Source: Candidatus Poribacteria bacterium
GTDB taxonomy: Bacteria; Poribacteria; WGA-4E; PCPOR2b
Length of the DNA: 64,000 bases
Assembly: GCA_965215015.1 (NCBI GenBank)
Contig: OZ244042.1
Coordinates: 2,240,001-2,304,000 of the forward strand
Direction: 5' to 3'
Part shown: positions 40,781 through 51,257 of the stretch, in pieces
How positions within the stretch are numbered: position 1 is the first letter of the stretch
How the letters are laid out: the number at the start of each line of letters is the position of its first letter
Notes under the pieces: model-generated
Told to the model about the DNA's origin: nothing
Database searches by the model: none
What the model saw: the letters and a program-made list of their open reading frames with translations, nothing else
Made by a program: the position numbers and the translations under genes

Positions 40781-41968
40781 ATGACGACCTTAGAAGCACT
40801 TTCGGAATCCGAGAAAAACCGGGTGCGGGTTACAGATGTGAAAGCCATGCAGCTGAAAGACCAACTGGGTCAGTCCCTTGTAAAGGTTGAAACCGATGCG
40901 GGTGTTTACGGCATCGGCGAGGCAGGGGCTTCTGGGCCGATGGTGAGAGCGCATCTACAACATCTGCAAGCGACGCTCATCGGTCAGGATGTCTTTGAAA
41001 TCGATAAGCTGTACACCCGCATGGTAAACCTGCAACACCCCTACCGAGCAAACATCCCGACGGTCAGCGGCGTAGACATTGCGCTCTGGGATCTGGTGGG
41101 CAAGCTCTTGAATCGACCAATCTCAACGTTGCTCTCAGGAAGGTTTAGAGACGAAATCCCGCTATACATCAATACCCCTGGCCCTGACGACTGGTTTGAT
41201 CCCGTTTCGTGTCGAGACTGGTCGCAACGGATGAAGGAAGCCCCGCAAGGCTGGAATACCTTAAAATTCGGGTTTGAACGTTTGATGGGAAATGGACTGC
41301 CCGCAGGCCGCTACATTCCCGCCCAGATGTCCCAAACGCTGCGGGCAACTGAATTAGACCTAATCCGTCGGGGGTATGAGAACTGTCGAGAGGCGTTGGG
41401 GGTTGAGACCGATTTTATTGTCCATTGCCATAATGAATGGGATCTCGCCACTGCGATTGGATTGACACAGGCGGTTGCATCCAGCAACCCACTTTGGGTA
41501 GAGGATGCGCTGCCGGTGTGGTACTCAGACTCTTGGAAGGCACTGAAGCAGGCATCTCCGGTGCGGATTATCACCGGAGAGAAGCTCGAGCTGCCTCGTG
41601 AATTTCTACCATTTCTGATGAACGAGGCGTTGGACGCCATCCATCCAGACCTTGTTTTCGCAGGCGGCCTGACGGGATGCCGGAAAATTGCCGACCTTGC
41701 AGAGATGTTCTACATCCCCATTGCGACACATAACGTCGGCAGCTTGGTACAGAACATGGCGACAGCGCATTTCGGTGCCTCGGTCAGAAACTTCGTCATA
41801 ACGGAGACGCGGATTAGTCAAAACGCACTCATCGACGAAATGGCTGAAGAAAAAGTCCAAGTTGCCGATGGGAAATTGGCTGTGCCGAATGGGCCGGGAC
41901 TGGGGATTACATTGATTCCAGAAGTGCTGCACGAAAATCTAATCGAGGGCGAGCCGTATTGGGATTAA
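40781..41968 (+). CDS. Mandelate racemase/MLE family enzyme
   Basis: ETDAGVYGIGE, GVDIALWDLVGK, HCHNE, WVED, TGEKL, HPD, PGLG. Confidence 0.9.
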   Translation: MTTLEALSESEKNRVRVTDVKAMQLKDQLGQSLVKVETDAGVYGIGEAGASGPMVRAHLQHLQATLIGQDVFEIDKLYTRMVNLQHPYRANIPTVSGVDIALWDLVGKLLNRPISTLLSGRFRDEIPLYINTPGPDDWFDPVSCRDWSQRMKEAPQGWNTLKFGFERLMGNGLPAGRYIPAQMSQTLRATELDLIRRGYENCREALGVETDFIVHCHNEWDLATAIGLTQAVASSNPLWVEDALPVWYSDSWKALKQASPVRIITGEKLELPREFLPFLMNEALDAIHPDLVFAGGLTGCRKIADLAEMFYIPIATHNVGSLVQNMATAHFGASVRNFVITETRISQNALIDEMAEEKVQVADGKLAVPNGPGLGITLIPEVLHENLIEGEPYWD

Positions 41969-42471
41969 CGGACAGGAAATACTAATAGCCAATGATGCCA
42001 GTTTACAACTGTTGATACGCTGATTCAGGCAATAAGGAGGCCCCTGCCTCAGAGAGCAGATGAGGCAAGAGCCCCCCCTATGGTATTGGGGGTGGTTTGT
42101 TTTTTAGGTTATGGTTGGGATTTTAATAACGGTTGTGTGTTAGGCAAGCCATAAGGCCATAACGGTTATGGGGTTTACGGCCCGCGGCTCATAGCTGCCC
42201 CTTTTTTGAGTTTGTCGTAGCGCGTTCATTGCGCGCCAGAACGAGTGATCAATCTCCCTACTACATACCTAATGGGTGCTCATAATTGTTGTTTGAGTCG
42301 CAGATTCAGCCGATTGCACGGATACGGATACAGATAGAGGGCGCGGCGCAGACAATAGCTGAGATAAAACCCCACCTATGGGATTGGGATAGTCCAATGA
42401 TGCCCCAACCCCTCAAATCCTGCCGCATCCGTCCCAGCTCGCGTCGTTTTGACCCATCACTTAGGGACAGC

Positions 42472-42813
42472 CTAACCGACTGCCGCAGCGACAATGAGTC
42501 CCAACGCGATGATTACACCGGCAACGGCAATGCCCGCCGCCGTATTGTTATCTTCAGCGATCTGATGATCGAGGTCAAAGGGGGTAACCAGGTCAAAAAT
42601 TTTATAGCCGACCATCAAAACAATCACCCCGACGATGCTGAAAACAACGCTTTCGACGATAAGCAGCGCGAGATGTTTGAGATCAATGAACGTCGCGCCC
42701 GCTGCCGGGCCTTCACCTGTTTCCTGTGCATTGACCGGGGTTGACCACATTGATGCGGCAACGATGCAACCAATCGCTATACAAAAACTGAGCAGAACAA
42801 TTTTCTTTGCCAT
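42472..42813 (-). CDS. DUF350-like membrane protein with signal-peptide extension
   Basis: FDLVTPFDL..QIAEDNNTAAGI..AG.IIALGLIVAAA; AGGAG RBS. Confidence 0.8.
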   Translation of the reverse strand: MAKKIVLLSFCIAIGCIVAASMWSTPVNAQETGEGPAAGATFIDLKHLALLIVESVVFSIVGVIVLMVGYKIFDLVTPFDLDHQIAEDNNTAAGIAVAGVIIALGLIVAAAVG

Positions 42814-42940
42814 TTGCTTTCTCCTTTTAATCTTCGTTTGGGGTGCGGAATCTCAAAACCTCGTAACAGATTCACACTCTATCATAGTGTTAAGTCCAAA
42901 AGCAACAGAAAAATCAAGAAAGTCTGGGGAAAATGGGGAA

Positions 42941-43978
42941 TTATCCCTTCACAATTTCCGCACGAACAAAGTGATAGCCAACCGCACCGGCGGGATCCTC
43001 ATCGAAGCCGGCCTCCTTTTGCGTCAACCCATCGGTGGCGATGGCTCTGGCGGAAATCTCTATCTCTCCCGGACTATCAGGCACCTGCCACCTATATTTC
43101 CAAAGATACCATGTCAGCGGCGAGTGGCTCCCCCAAATCTCCGTTGCCTCCCAAGTGTTGACATCATCGACGCTGGTGGTGATACCGTCATCGATGCTCA
43201 CTTCAACCCGCGCAATCCCTCCATGGTTGCCACTATCAAAGGCGGCACCGCTGATCGTACATGTCGCACCGGCTTGGATGGTCTCATCATTGCTGGGGGT
43301 GCCAATTACGGTTGCCAGTTTGACGCGCGCCACGGGATCCCAACCTCGTTCCTCCCAATACCCTACGTGCGATTCCGCTAGCATGATGTTCATAATCCAT
43401 TTCGGATTTTTCGTGCCGTAATGACCGGGGTTAAGCAAGCGAACCGGGAAGCCGTGCTCAGCGGGGAGGGGTTCGCCATTCATTTTGTATACCAAGAGCA
43501 CCTCCTCGCGAAGGGCGCGATCTATCGGGACCGCCGTATGATAATTGTCAGCACAGCGGAATACCACAACCTTTGCCGCTGCCTTGATTCCTGCCTTATC
43601 AAGGATATTCCGCAGGGGTACACCGGTCCACATCGCATTACTCATCTGCTCGGTGCCAATCGGATCGCCGATGCACTTAAGCGTCCGCATTGTCGTTACG
43701 GACTCCATGCCCGTTACATCCTCATAATTCAACATAATCGGCTTTTCGACTAACCCTGTTATCCCGATTTTCCAGTGCTCGGATGTGAGAGTTGGCACCT
43801 CTCCGATTTGAAGGACATAAAACTTGTCGTTTGGCGTAATCATCGATGCCGGTTTCAGTATCTCTTTAGGAATGTCGTTTTCAGGGTGCAGAGAGCGGAG
43901 CGGTAGCGTTAAACCTCCTACACCCACTGCGGCGACTTGAATGAATTTTCTGCGGTTCATGGTCTTCTCCAGCGTCAT
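42941..43978 (-). CDS. Tat-exported sulfite-oxidase-family molybdopterin oxidoreductase
   Basis: NRRKFI Tat motif, TPNDKFY, TLKC (Mo ligand), WTGVPL, MNGEPLPAEHGFPVRL, C-terminal Ig-like domain. Confidence 0.9.
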   Translation of the reverse strand: MTLEKTMNRRKFIQVAAVGVGGLTLPLRSLHPENDIPKEILKPASMITPNDKFYVLQIGEVPTLTSEHWKIGITGLVEKPIMLNYEDVTGMESVTTMRTLKCIGDPIGTEQMSNAMWTGVPLRNILDKAGIKAAAKVVVFRCADNYHTAVPIDRALREEVLLVYKMNGEPLPAEHGFPVRLLNPGHYGTKNPKWIMNIMLAESHVGYWEERGWDPVARVKLATVIGTPSNDETIQAGATCTISGAAFDSGNHGGIARVEVSIDDGITTSVDDVNTWEATEIWGSHSPLTWYLWKYRWQVPDSPGEIEISARAIATDGLTQKEAGFDEDPAGAVGYHFVRAEIVKG

Positions 43979-44013
43979 TATTTATATGGAAAAAGGTCTC
44001 ATTCATCTATCAC

Positions 44014-45210
44014 TTAAGGCGAAGTTAAGCGTTCGAGGGCCGATGTTACCTCAGGGTCATCGGATAAAAGCTGGGCAAGTTCACGAAGATGTTCCAGTGC
44101 CGAATCCACATTCCCAATCTTTTCATGTGCAAGGGCAAGATTATACTTTGCGTCAAGCAGGGTCGCGTCTGCTTCTAGCGCACTTTCAAGGGCCTGAACT
44201 GCCAAATTCGGTTTGTTTATTGTCAAGTACAAAACTCCCAGATTGGAGTGTGGAGTTGCGGGTTTCCCGGAATGTGTTATCGCAAGCTCAAATTCGCTTT
44301 GGGCGCGCCTATCCTCTTCAACGATTAGGTAGATAAAGCCGAGGTTGTTGCGTAGTATGCCGTTTTTTGGTGAGGAGCTGATCCCCTGTCGCAGCGTTGA
44401 ACGAGCCTGATTTAATTCGTTGCGTTTGAAATGGATAATCGCTCGTTGATTCAGTAGATCCGGATTGTCGGGCTGCTGTGCGAGCTCTGATTGGATGTGT
44501 TTAAGCTCGGTTTCATAGCCGACCTTGGGCAGCATAACGTGCACCAATGTTGGAATACGAAATTCCGCACCAAGTTTCAACTCGTACTGGGGCGGACGTA
44601 TGCCGTTATACTGCGCCAATAGCTTCCAATCCCGATATTTTTTGGGAAAAATCCGATTTTCATATACCCGAATTAAATTATAGAGGGTATCGCCTTTGGA
44701 GACTTCATGCCGAATATCAGTGTACTCCCGCACCGGATAGCGTCCAACAAGCAGCCGTGGGTCTGGTTCCGGAATGGGGGTTACCTGTGCAGCTTCGATT
44801 GGCAGCGTTGCTGGGGTTGAAATCTCTGGAGTGGGGGTGGTTTCAACCGCTGATGTTTCCGGTGCTAAGACTTCTGAAGCTGGTGCAGTTTCATCTGTCA
44901 ATATCGCAGGTGCTGAAACCTCTGGCGGAGCAATCACTTTTTTGGGCTGTTTAACTTGGGAAAATTGGACTTTTTTGACTTGGGCGGCCAGCGAATCGAA
45001 AGAGTCTGTTAATGTCTGTGACACTAAGCTCCAAGGGACAGCAAAGATCAGGAGTGCAATCAACCCGCATCCTAACAGAGTCCCTATTATCGGCGGAACT
45101 CGGTTGGTTGATCGGGGGTGTGGCAGAGGGTATAACTGTATCGGCAGTGGTGGGAACGGCAACACGCCGATTTCATTTCGTTTGTGGTTGCTTGCTCTAT
45201 CTTTTTTCAC
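44014..45210 (-). CDS. Membrane-anchored LysM + TPR protein
   Basis: TM segment, Pro/Thr/Glu linker, HEVSKGDTL..LAQYNGI..LRIP-type LysM, NNLG/SNLG/YNLA TPRs; GTG start. Confidence 0.85.
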   Translation of the reverse strand: MKKDRASNHKRNEIGVLPFPPLPIQLYPLPHPRSTNRVPPIIGTLLGCGLIALLIFAVPWSLVSQTLTDSFDSLAAQVKKVQFSQVKQPKKVIAPPEVSAPAILTDETAPASEVLAPETSAVETTPTPEISTPATLPIEAAQVTPIPEPDPRLLVGRYPVREYTDIRHEVSKGDTLYNLIRVYENRIFPKKYRDWKLLAQYNGIRPPQYELKLGAEFRIPTLVHVMLPKVGYETELKHIQSELAQQPDNPDLLNQRAIIHFKRNELNQARSTLRQGISSSPKNGILRNNLGFIYLIVEEDRRAQSEFELAITHSGKPATPHSNLGVLYLTINKPNLAVQALESALEADATLLDAKYNLALAHEKIGNVDSALEHLRELAQLLSDDPEVTSALERLTSP

Positions 45211-45256
45211 AGGCTCCCTCTACGTCAAAGCGTCCTTCATCCGTAACATTCGCTAA

Positions 45257-45285
45257 ATTATAGCAACCGCTAGCATGTGTGTCAA
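45257..45285 (-). promoter_or_regulatory. Sigma70 promoter TTGACA-17-TATAAT
   Basis: Perfect consensus on the minus strand upstream of the LysM-TPR gene. Confidence 0.8.
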
Positions 45286-45562
45286 GAGTTTTGATCTTAT
45301 TAGTAGGGGCATTGAGTGCTCCTTTCTGAGGGATGTCCAAATCCCGATACACCCCTCAGACAGAGAGAAAACCGAAAACTAAATAGTCCTATTGTCTTAT
45401 TTTTTCTGTTGACAATCTAGAGGTGGATGGTGTATCTTAATCAACTTGTAAACCTGTGGTCATCTAAATAGGGATCAAGAACACCTGTTCGTAGTAGCGC
45501 GTTCATTGCGCGTAACAGGTTTTCATGCAGGCACACATTACGTCTCACGCAAAGGAAATGTC

Positions 45563-46957
45563 ATGTTTGAAAGTTTAACAGGCAAATTGCAAGGCATTCT
45601 CAAAACGCTACGAGGTCAGGGCAAACTAACCGAGAAAAACATATTTGATGCACTACGAGAGGTGCGGCTCGCATTGCTTGAGGCGGATGTTGATTACAAG
45701 ACTGTCCGCGAATTTATCAACGGGATCAGAGCACGATCTATCGGTCAGGAGATGCTCGGCAGCTTTACCTCAGATCTTCAGATAGCAAAGATTATTGGTG
45801 ATGAACTCACAAAACTGATGGGGGAGGCAGCCGCACCAATCACTATAGCACCAAGTGGGCCAACAATCATTTTGATGGTCGGTCTACAAGGTGGTGGGAA
45901 AACAACAGCTTCAGCCAAACTTGCACTGAGATTCAAATCAGAGGGTAGAAATCCCCTTTTGGTCGCAGCAGATATTTATCGCCCGGCGGCGATTAAACAG
46001 CTGCAATTGCTTGGAGAACAGATTGATGTCCCCGTATTTTCGATGGGCCCTGAGTTCCCCCCGACGACCATTATTCAAGCTGCTGTTAAGCAAGCCTTGA
46101 ATCGTCGGAATAATTTCGTCATCATCGACACAGCGGGGCGGCTACATATCAACGAAGAGTTGATGGATGAGTTGCGGGAGATTAAGGCCGCCGTCAATCC
46201 GACTGAAATTTTACTTGTCGTTGATGCGATGACCGGACAAGATGCGGTGAACGTTGCCCGACATTTTAACGACAACTTGCACATTGACGGTGTTATCCTG
46301 ACCAAGTTGGATGGCGATGCACGCGGTGGGGCAGCACTCTCCATTCGTTCCGTAACACAGAAACCGATCAAGTTTGTTGGCGTTGGCGAGAAGATTGATG
46401 CGACGACGTTGGAGGAGTTCCATCCAGATCGGATGGCTTCTCGGATACTCGGAGAGGGCGACTTTGCGACCCTGCTCGAAAGGGCTGAATCTGTTTTTAG
46501 CCAAGATCAAGCGGAAGAGCTAGAGCGTAAGCTGCTTGAGCAAGCGGGTTTAGATTTCAATGACCTGCTCATTCAGCTTGAGCAAATTAAGAATATGGGC
46601 CCATTGGACCAACTCATTGAGATGATCCCCGGTGTCAATAAGCTTCCAATGCAAAACATGCAGGTTGATGAATCGCAGTTAAAGTACACCAAAGCAATGA
46701 TTCAGTCGATGACGCCGATGGAACGTCGAAATTCACGTCTCCTGGATAGCAGCCGTCGGCTTCGGATTGCCAAGGGGAGTGGTACAACGGTCCGCCAAGT
46801 CAATCAATTGGTAGATCAACTTAAATTCATGAATCGCATGATGAAGCAACACCCGATGGTGGATGTGCCTCAACTTGGTGCCGGCGGCGGTGGTTCTACG
46901 AAAATTAAAGGAAAACCAAGAAAACGTAGAAAAAGGAAAAGGCGTAAATCACGCTAA
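45563..46957 (+). CDS. ffh: Signal recognition particle protein Ffh
   Basis: MFESL, ALLEADV, GLQGGGKTT, DTAGR, TKLDGDARGG, SMT..ER, RIAKGSG. Confidence 0.98.
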   Translation: MFESLTGKLQGILKTLRGQGKLTEKNIFDALREVRLALLEADVDYKTVREFINGIRARSIGQEMLGSFTSDLQIAKIIGDELTKLMGEAAAPITIAPSGPTIILMVGLQGGGKTTASAKLALRFKSEGRNPLLVAADIYRPAAIKQLQLLGEQIDVPVFSMGPEFPPTTIIQAAVKQALNRRNNFVIIDTAGRLHINEELMDELREIKAAVNPTEILLVVDAMTGQDAVNVARHFNDNLHIDGVILTKLDGDARGGAALSIRSVTQKPIKFVGVGEKIDATTLEEFHPDRMASRILGEGDFATLLERAESVFSQDQAEELERKLLEQAGLDFNDLLIQLEQIKNMGPLDQLIEMIPGVNKLPMQNMQVDESQLKYTKAMIQSMTPMERRNSRLLDSSRRLRIAKGSGTTVRQVNQLVDQLKFMNRMMKQHPMVDVPQLGAGGGGSTKIKGKPRKRRKRKRRKSR

Positions 46958-47143
46958 GTTTGGGATATCGTTTATTTTATTTGTTATCGCTATCACTCGC
47001 TATAATTTGTGCAATCGTCACGGTCAAAATCGTAACAGGGAAAGTCTCAGTTATTTTTGGCGTTTTGCACTTCATGCCTGACCCAACTGGCTGGATATAG
47101 GGATAGCAGAAACTCTCACGAAACACGAAATAGGAGGTAACAT

Positions 47144-47518
47144 TTGGCAGTACGAATTAGGCTTCAGCGGCATGGCAAGAAAAGACGTCCCTTTTATCGG
47201 CTGGTCGCCGCTGACTCTCGAAGCCAAAGAGATGGACGTTTTATCGAACGGATCGGGTATTATGACCCGATGACTGATCCGGCAAACATCGTAATTGATG
47301 CGGAAAAGGCATTAAAATGGTTAAGAACTGGTGCACAACCTTCTGACACAGCCAAGAGCTTGATGTCAAAAGTTGGGGTTTGGGAACAATTTATAAACGA
47401 AAAACTGGGGAAGTCTATACCAACTCCAGAGACAGCAGCAACCCCTGCTTTAGAAGAGGCTTCCAGTGCAGCAGCAGAACCCGTCTCCACTGAAGAATCG
47501 GCAGAAGAGGCGAAATAG
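47144..47518 (+). CDS. rpsP: 30S ribosomal protein S16
   Basis: [31 protein letters not shown]; TTG start with AGGAGG. Confidence 0.98.
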   Translation: MAVRIRLQRHGKKRRPFYRLVAADSRSQRDGRFIERIGYYDPMTDPANIVIDAEKALKWLRTGAQPSDTAKSLMSKVGVWEQFINEKLGKSIPTPETAATPALEEASSAAAEPVSTEESAEEAK

Positions 47519-47544
47519 TATCATCGTGTTTTTAGGGGAGTCTC

Positions 47545-47796
47545 ATGCTCAAAGAGTTGATTGAATATCTCGCAAAATCCCTCGTTGATCACCCAGATCA
47601 GGTCAGTGTCAATGAAGTCGAGGGGAACACTGTGACCATTCTCGAACTGAGCGTTGTCCCTGAAGATTTGGGCAAAGTCATTGGGAAACAGGGACGGACA
47701 GCCAAGGCGATGCGATCTCTGCTGCTTGCTGCGGGAGTCAAAGCGCGTAAAAAGGCAATCCTTGAGATTGTAGAACAGCGTTCAGTAGCGGAGTAA
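47545..47796 (+). CDS. khpA: KH-domain RNA-binding protein KhpA
   Basis: LVDHPD, DLGKVIGKQGRTA; conserved position after rpsP. Confidence 0.94.
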   Translation: MLKELIEYLAKSLVDHPDQVSVNEVEGNTVTILELSVVPEDLGKVIGKQGRTAKAMRSLLLAAGVKARKKAILEIVEQRSVAE

Positions 47797-47845
47797 GCAT
47801 TTTCAATTTACCGACCCACTATGATGATGAATGAGTGGAAGAGAT

Positions 47846-48253
47846 ATGTCTGTTATTGTCAAAAGACCTGTTATTTTGAAAAATATTGTGACCCCTGCTT
47901 TCAAGGAACAACTCACGAAAGAGTTACAACACGCAATCCGCCAGATTGAAACATGGCTGCAGCAAGAGGAATTCCAAAGCCGACGTTTGATTGCGGAAGC
48001 CCAAAAGCGGGAACCACGCCGCGTCAATCAGTTGCGCGAGGAGATTCACCAAGAACGCGAAAAACAGGAGCAGGTCAAAAGTAATCTTAGCCAGAAATTA
48101 GCGCAGGTCGAGCAACTTGAAATCGATTCCCTGTTTACGAGTGGAACCTATGATGCACCTGTCAAAATTGAGATAGGGAATGACATCCGCGCGAAGCTGT
48201 CTCAGGCAGAAATTATCGTCAAAGATGGAGTGGTCGTCCAGATTATTGAATGA
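47846..48253 (+). CDS. YlqD family protein
   Basis: [11 protein letters not shown], coiled coil, EIIVKDGVV; conserved position between khpA and trmD. Confidence 0.85.
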   Translation: MSVIVKRPVILKNIVTPAFKEQLTKELQHAIRQIETWLQQEEFQSRRLIAEAQKREPRRVNQLREEIHQEREKQEQVKSNLSQKLAQVEQLEIDSLFTSGTYDAPVKIEIGNDIRAKLSQAEIIVKDGVVVQIIE

Positions 48254-48993
48254 GAATTGACATCATCACCATTTTTCCAGAGGTCATCCTGCCGGTGCTG
48301 CAAGCTGGCATCTTGAAGCGCGCACAAGCGAGAGACATATTGAGTGTCAATGTCTACAACCTGCGCGATTTTACGACAGACCGTCATCAATCGGTCGATG
48401 ACTATCCTTATGGGGGCGGCGCAGGTATGATTCTGAAACCGGAGCCGCTTTTTGCCGCAATTAGAACCCTGCATCCAGAATCAACTGCGCGTATCATTTA
48501 TTTAACTCCACAAGGAACGCCTTTTAATCAGTCATGTGCTGAAGCCCTGTCCCTTGAATCGCATCTTATCTTGATTTGTGGACGCTACAAAGGGATCGAT
48601 GAGCGGGTGCGTATTAAGCTGGTCACCGATGAGATTTCGATAGGCGATTATGTCCTCAGCGGCGGAGAAATTCCGGCACTGATTCTGGTTGATGCGATTG
48701 GTCGAGTTTTGCCGCGTGCACTAGGGAATTATGAATCGGCACAGGGGGATTCATTTAGCCAAGGTTTACTCGATTGCCCGCATTACACGCGCCCCGCTGA
48801 ATATGAGGGGATGAAAGTCCCTGACATCCTGTTGAGCGGGCACCATCAAAACATTACACTTTGGCAACATGAACAGTGCCTCAAGCGAACTGCTGAACGC
48901 CGTCCGGAATTGCTCAAAAACGTAGAACTCTCGGCCGAAGACATTGCCTACCTGAATTCTCTGAAAAATTCAGACGTGACAAGTCAGGTGTAA
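48250..48993 (+). CDS. trmD: tRNA (guanine-N1)-methyltransferase
   Basis: [44 protein letters not shown]. Confidence 0.98.
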   Translation: MRIDIITIFPEVILPVLQAGILKRAQARDILSVNVYNLRDFTTDRHQSVDDYPYGGGAGMILKPEPLFAAIRTLHPESTARIIYLTPQGTPFNQSCAEALSLESHLILICGRYKGIDERVRIKLVTDEISIGDYVLSGGEIPALILVDAIGRVLPRALGNYESAQGDSFSQGLLDCPHYTRPAEYEGMKVPDILLSGHHQNITLWQHEQCLKRTAERRPELLKNVELSAEDIAYLNSLKNSDVTSQV

Positions 48994-49063
48994 GAAGGAC
49001 TTTTGTCTCGATTTTTCCCGCGGCCCATCCCATACTACATCCCATACTAGCAGTAAAGGTGGA

Positions 49064-49231
49064 TTTGTAGTATCGCAATTTATTGCGCGTCCGGATGCCC
49101 AGTCCTCTCGTACGAGCATCAAAGACAGAGTTTGTAGTATCGCAATTTATTGCGCGTCCGGATACCCAGTCATCCCATACGAGCAAGCATCAAAGGCAGA
49201 GTTTGTAGTAGCGCAATTTATTGCGCGTCCG
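49064..49231. repeat. Three tandem GTAG-type REP units
   Basis: TTTGTAGTA(T/G)CGCAATTTATTGCGCGTCCG at 49064, 49131, 49202 with mutually similar linkers. Confidence 0.8.
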
Positions 49232-49268
49232 AGGCGATAAACACCCAAATGAAAGGAAGAATCAAGCA

Positions 49269-49610
49269 ATGAATCTTATTGAATCTGTTGAGAGCGAATA
49301 TACCAAAACCGATATCCCTAGTTTTGGACCTGGAGATCTCGTGCGGGTCAACACCCGTATCCGAGAAGGTTCAAAAGAACGTATCCAAGCTTATGAAGGA
49401 ACGGTCATTCGGCGGTCGAATGGTGGGTTGGGTGAGACATTTACTGTCCGTCGCGTTGCCTATGGCGAGGGGAGTGAAAGGACCTTTCCCGCACATTCAC
49501 CAAATATTGAAAGTATTCAAATTATTCGATACGGTGCCATCCGTCGAGCAAAATTGTACTATCTACGAAACCGCACCGGAAGATCTACACGAATCCGTGA
49601 GAAGAGGTAA
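49269..49610 (+). CDS. rplS: 50S ribosomal protein L19
   Basis: [32 protein letters not shown]. Confidence 0.98.
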   Translation: MNLIESVESEYTKTDIPSFGPGDLVRVNTRIREGSKERIQAYEGTVIRRSNGGLGETFTVRRVAYGEGSERTFPAHSPNIESIQIIRYGAIRRAKLYYLRNRTGRSTRIREKR

Positions 49611-50262
49611 ATCACTGATAAGAAGTAAACGGGACTCTCCACTAGAAATACAACAGCTTGAACAAACTTTACGACAGCAGGGGTATCAGCGCATTGCAGG
49701 AATTGATGAAGCTGGACGAGGGGCATTAGCCGGTCCTGTTGTCGCAGCAGCCGTTATTCTGCCTATCAACTGTCAGATTTCAGGCGTGACAGATTCAAAG
49801 CAGCTGACACCCAAACAGCGGGCTCGATTGTTTGACGACATCCATCGCACAGCCGTAGCGGTGGAGGTTGGTTGCGTTGACAACAAGGAAATTGATCAGA
49901 TCAATATCCTCCAAGCCACAATGGGTGCGATGGCTCAAGCTATGGCACAAATCACGCCTTCTCCGGATTACGCGCTGGTGGATGGTACCCATCTACCTGA
50001 CATTTCGCTGCCTCGATGCTGCGATCGGGATTCAGAACAACCTGCCAAAGCAATTCCGAAGGGAGATACCCTCGTTCAGTCCATTGCCGCCGCATCGATT
50101 ATCGCAAAAGTCACGCGAGATCGTCTGATGATTGAGTTCGATAAAATCTATCCGGGCTACGACTTCCGAAGCCACAAAGGATACGGTACACTTCTGCATC
50201 GCCAGGCAATTGCCCAACTCGGACCTTGCCCTATCCATCGACATAGTTTTAAGCTTCAGTGA
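49597..50262 (+). CDS. rnhB: Ribonuclease HII
   Basis: [38 protein letters not shown]; start uncertain (GTG at 49597). Confidence 0.95.
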   Translation: MRRGKSLIRSKRDSPLEIQQLEQTLRQQGYQRIAGIDEAGRGALAGPVVAAAVILPINCQISGVTDSKQLTPKQRARLFDDIHRTAVAVEVGCVDNKEIDQINILQATMGAMAQAMAQITPSPDYALVDGTHLPDISLPRCCDRDSEQPAKAIPKGDTLVQSIAAASIIAKVTRDRLMIEFDKIYPGYDFRSHKGYGTLLHRQAIAQLGPCPIHRHSFKLQ

Positions 50263-50263
50263 A

Positions 50264-50647
50264 ATGAGCCATTCCAGAATCAAGGTCGGAAAGATTGGCG
50301 AAGCACTTGCCATCGAGCACTTCAAAGCGCGAAGGTATGAAATTCGCGCCCAGAACTATCGCACGCGTTCAGGTGAGATTGACCTCATTGTTCAACGCGG
50401 CAAACGGGTTGTGTTCGTTGAAGTGAAGACGCGGCGGAGCAGCAAGTTCGGTGTGCCACAGGCGGCTGTCACTCCCGCCAAACAGGAGCAAATTTCTAAA
50501 ATTGCGCTGCATTATTTGCAAACACACAATCTCCTAGATGTCCCCTGCCAATTCGACGTTGTTGCCATTGTGCTATCGTGGAAATTTGAACTCATCAAAC
50601 TGTACCACATTGAAAATGCCTTTGAGTTCTGTGCGGACAAGAATTAA
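50264..50647 (+). CDS. YraN family (UPF0102) PD-(D/E)XK-fold protein
   Basis: GKIGE, NYR..GEIDLI, VFVEVKTR, FDVVAI, HIENAF; follows rnhB. Confidence 0.93.
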   Translation: MSHSRIKVGKIGEALAIEHFKARRYEIRAQNYRTRSGEIDLIVQRGKRVVFVEVKTRRSSKFGVPQAAVTPAKQEQISKIALHYLQTHNLLDVPCQFDVVAIVLSWKFELIKLYHIENAFEFCADKN

Positions 50648-50835
50648 GCCCCCCCAACCCCCAAATACTCACGCGGTATCTCCTCCCCCTGCTTGCGGGG
50701 GGATTGAGGGGGGTAGGCTCAATGAGCCAGGAACTAACGGACAACCCGCCGGATATTTAGCGGGGAGGGCAAGAACGTAAGTCCTTTCAGGCGGCGATAC
50801 AGGGCGACTCCTCGTGTTAACGTCTAAAAAAACGG

Positions 50836-51030
50836 TTGAAATTGTTGATTATATCGGGTATAGTTGTTTTGTCTTTCGCGAGGGATTTTCACCCTGCCGC
50901 TTGGGGGTGCCCCTCACACCCAAGTGAAAAGTACATGAAAGACACACCGATGAAGAGCTACAAGTTCAAAATGTATCGCCGTCACGGCAACCGTGAGTTA
51001 CGCCAGACCATAGACGGACACGCTGAGGTA
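50836..51030 (+). pseudogene. IS200/IS605-family left end plus truncated tnpB N-terminus
   Basis: Promoter TTGAAA-17-TATAGT, hairpin near 50898-50926, then MKSYKFKMYRRHGNRELRQTIDGHAEV (from 50950) resembling a TnpB HTH start; similarity stops abruptly. Confidence 0.55.
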
Positions 51031-51129
51031 TCGAGAGAATTAGGTGGGGGGACCTGTCTATGGCACTTATGAACCAGAAGCTATCGCAAGAATTTTGAAA
51101 TAGAAGGGAATATGTTAAGCCTAAATCTT

Positions 51130-51219
51130 CGTTCATGTTAAGAAGTCATGCAACAGCAACCGAGTTTTTTCGGAAAAACTCGGTTGCTGTTACTGTTTTG
51201 CATTCTTTTTACATGAGCC
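51130..51219. mobile_element. MITE family B with 8-bp target-site duplication
   Basis: Termini (C)GTTCATGTTAAGAA / TTCTTTTTACATGAGCC; TAAATCTT on both sides (51122-29, 51220-27); internal 18-bp inverted repeat. Confidence 0.8.
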
Positions 51220-51257
51220 TAAATCTTATAATTGCGTTTTGTAAAGGAGAACTCTCT

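Noticed and set aside
45290-45560. SRP RNA next to ffh
   Set aside because: No CAGG..GGAA..AGCAG domain IV seen; only a hairpin, a promoter and a REP
49064-49231. CRISPR-like array of three 30-bp palindromic repeats
   Set aside because: Spacers resemble each other, the repeat is the dispersed GTAG-REP seen elsewhere in the window, and no cas genes are present
49279-49596. Long N-terminal extension of rnhB
   Set aside because: Overlaps rplS in another frame; RNase HII motifs start only after ~49690
51135-51257. N-terminal extension of the tubulin-like ORF
   Set aside because: The ATG lies inside MITE B; the real RBS precedes 51258
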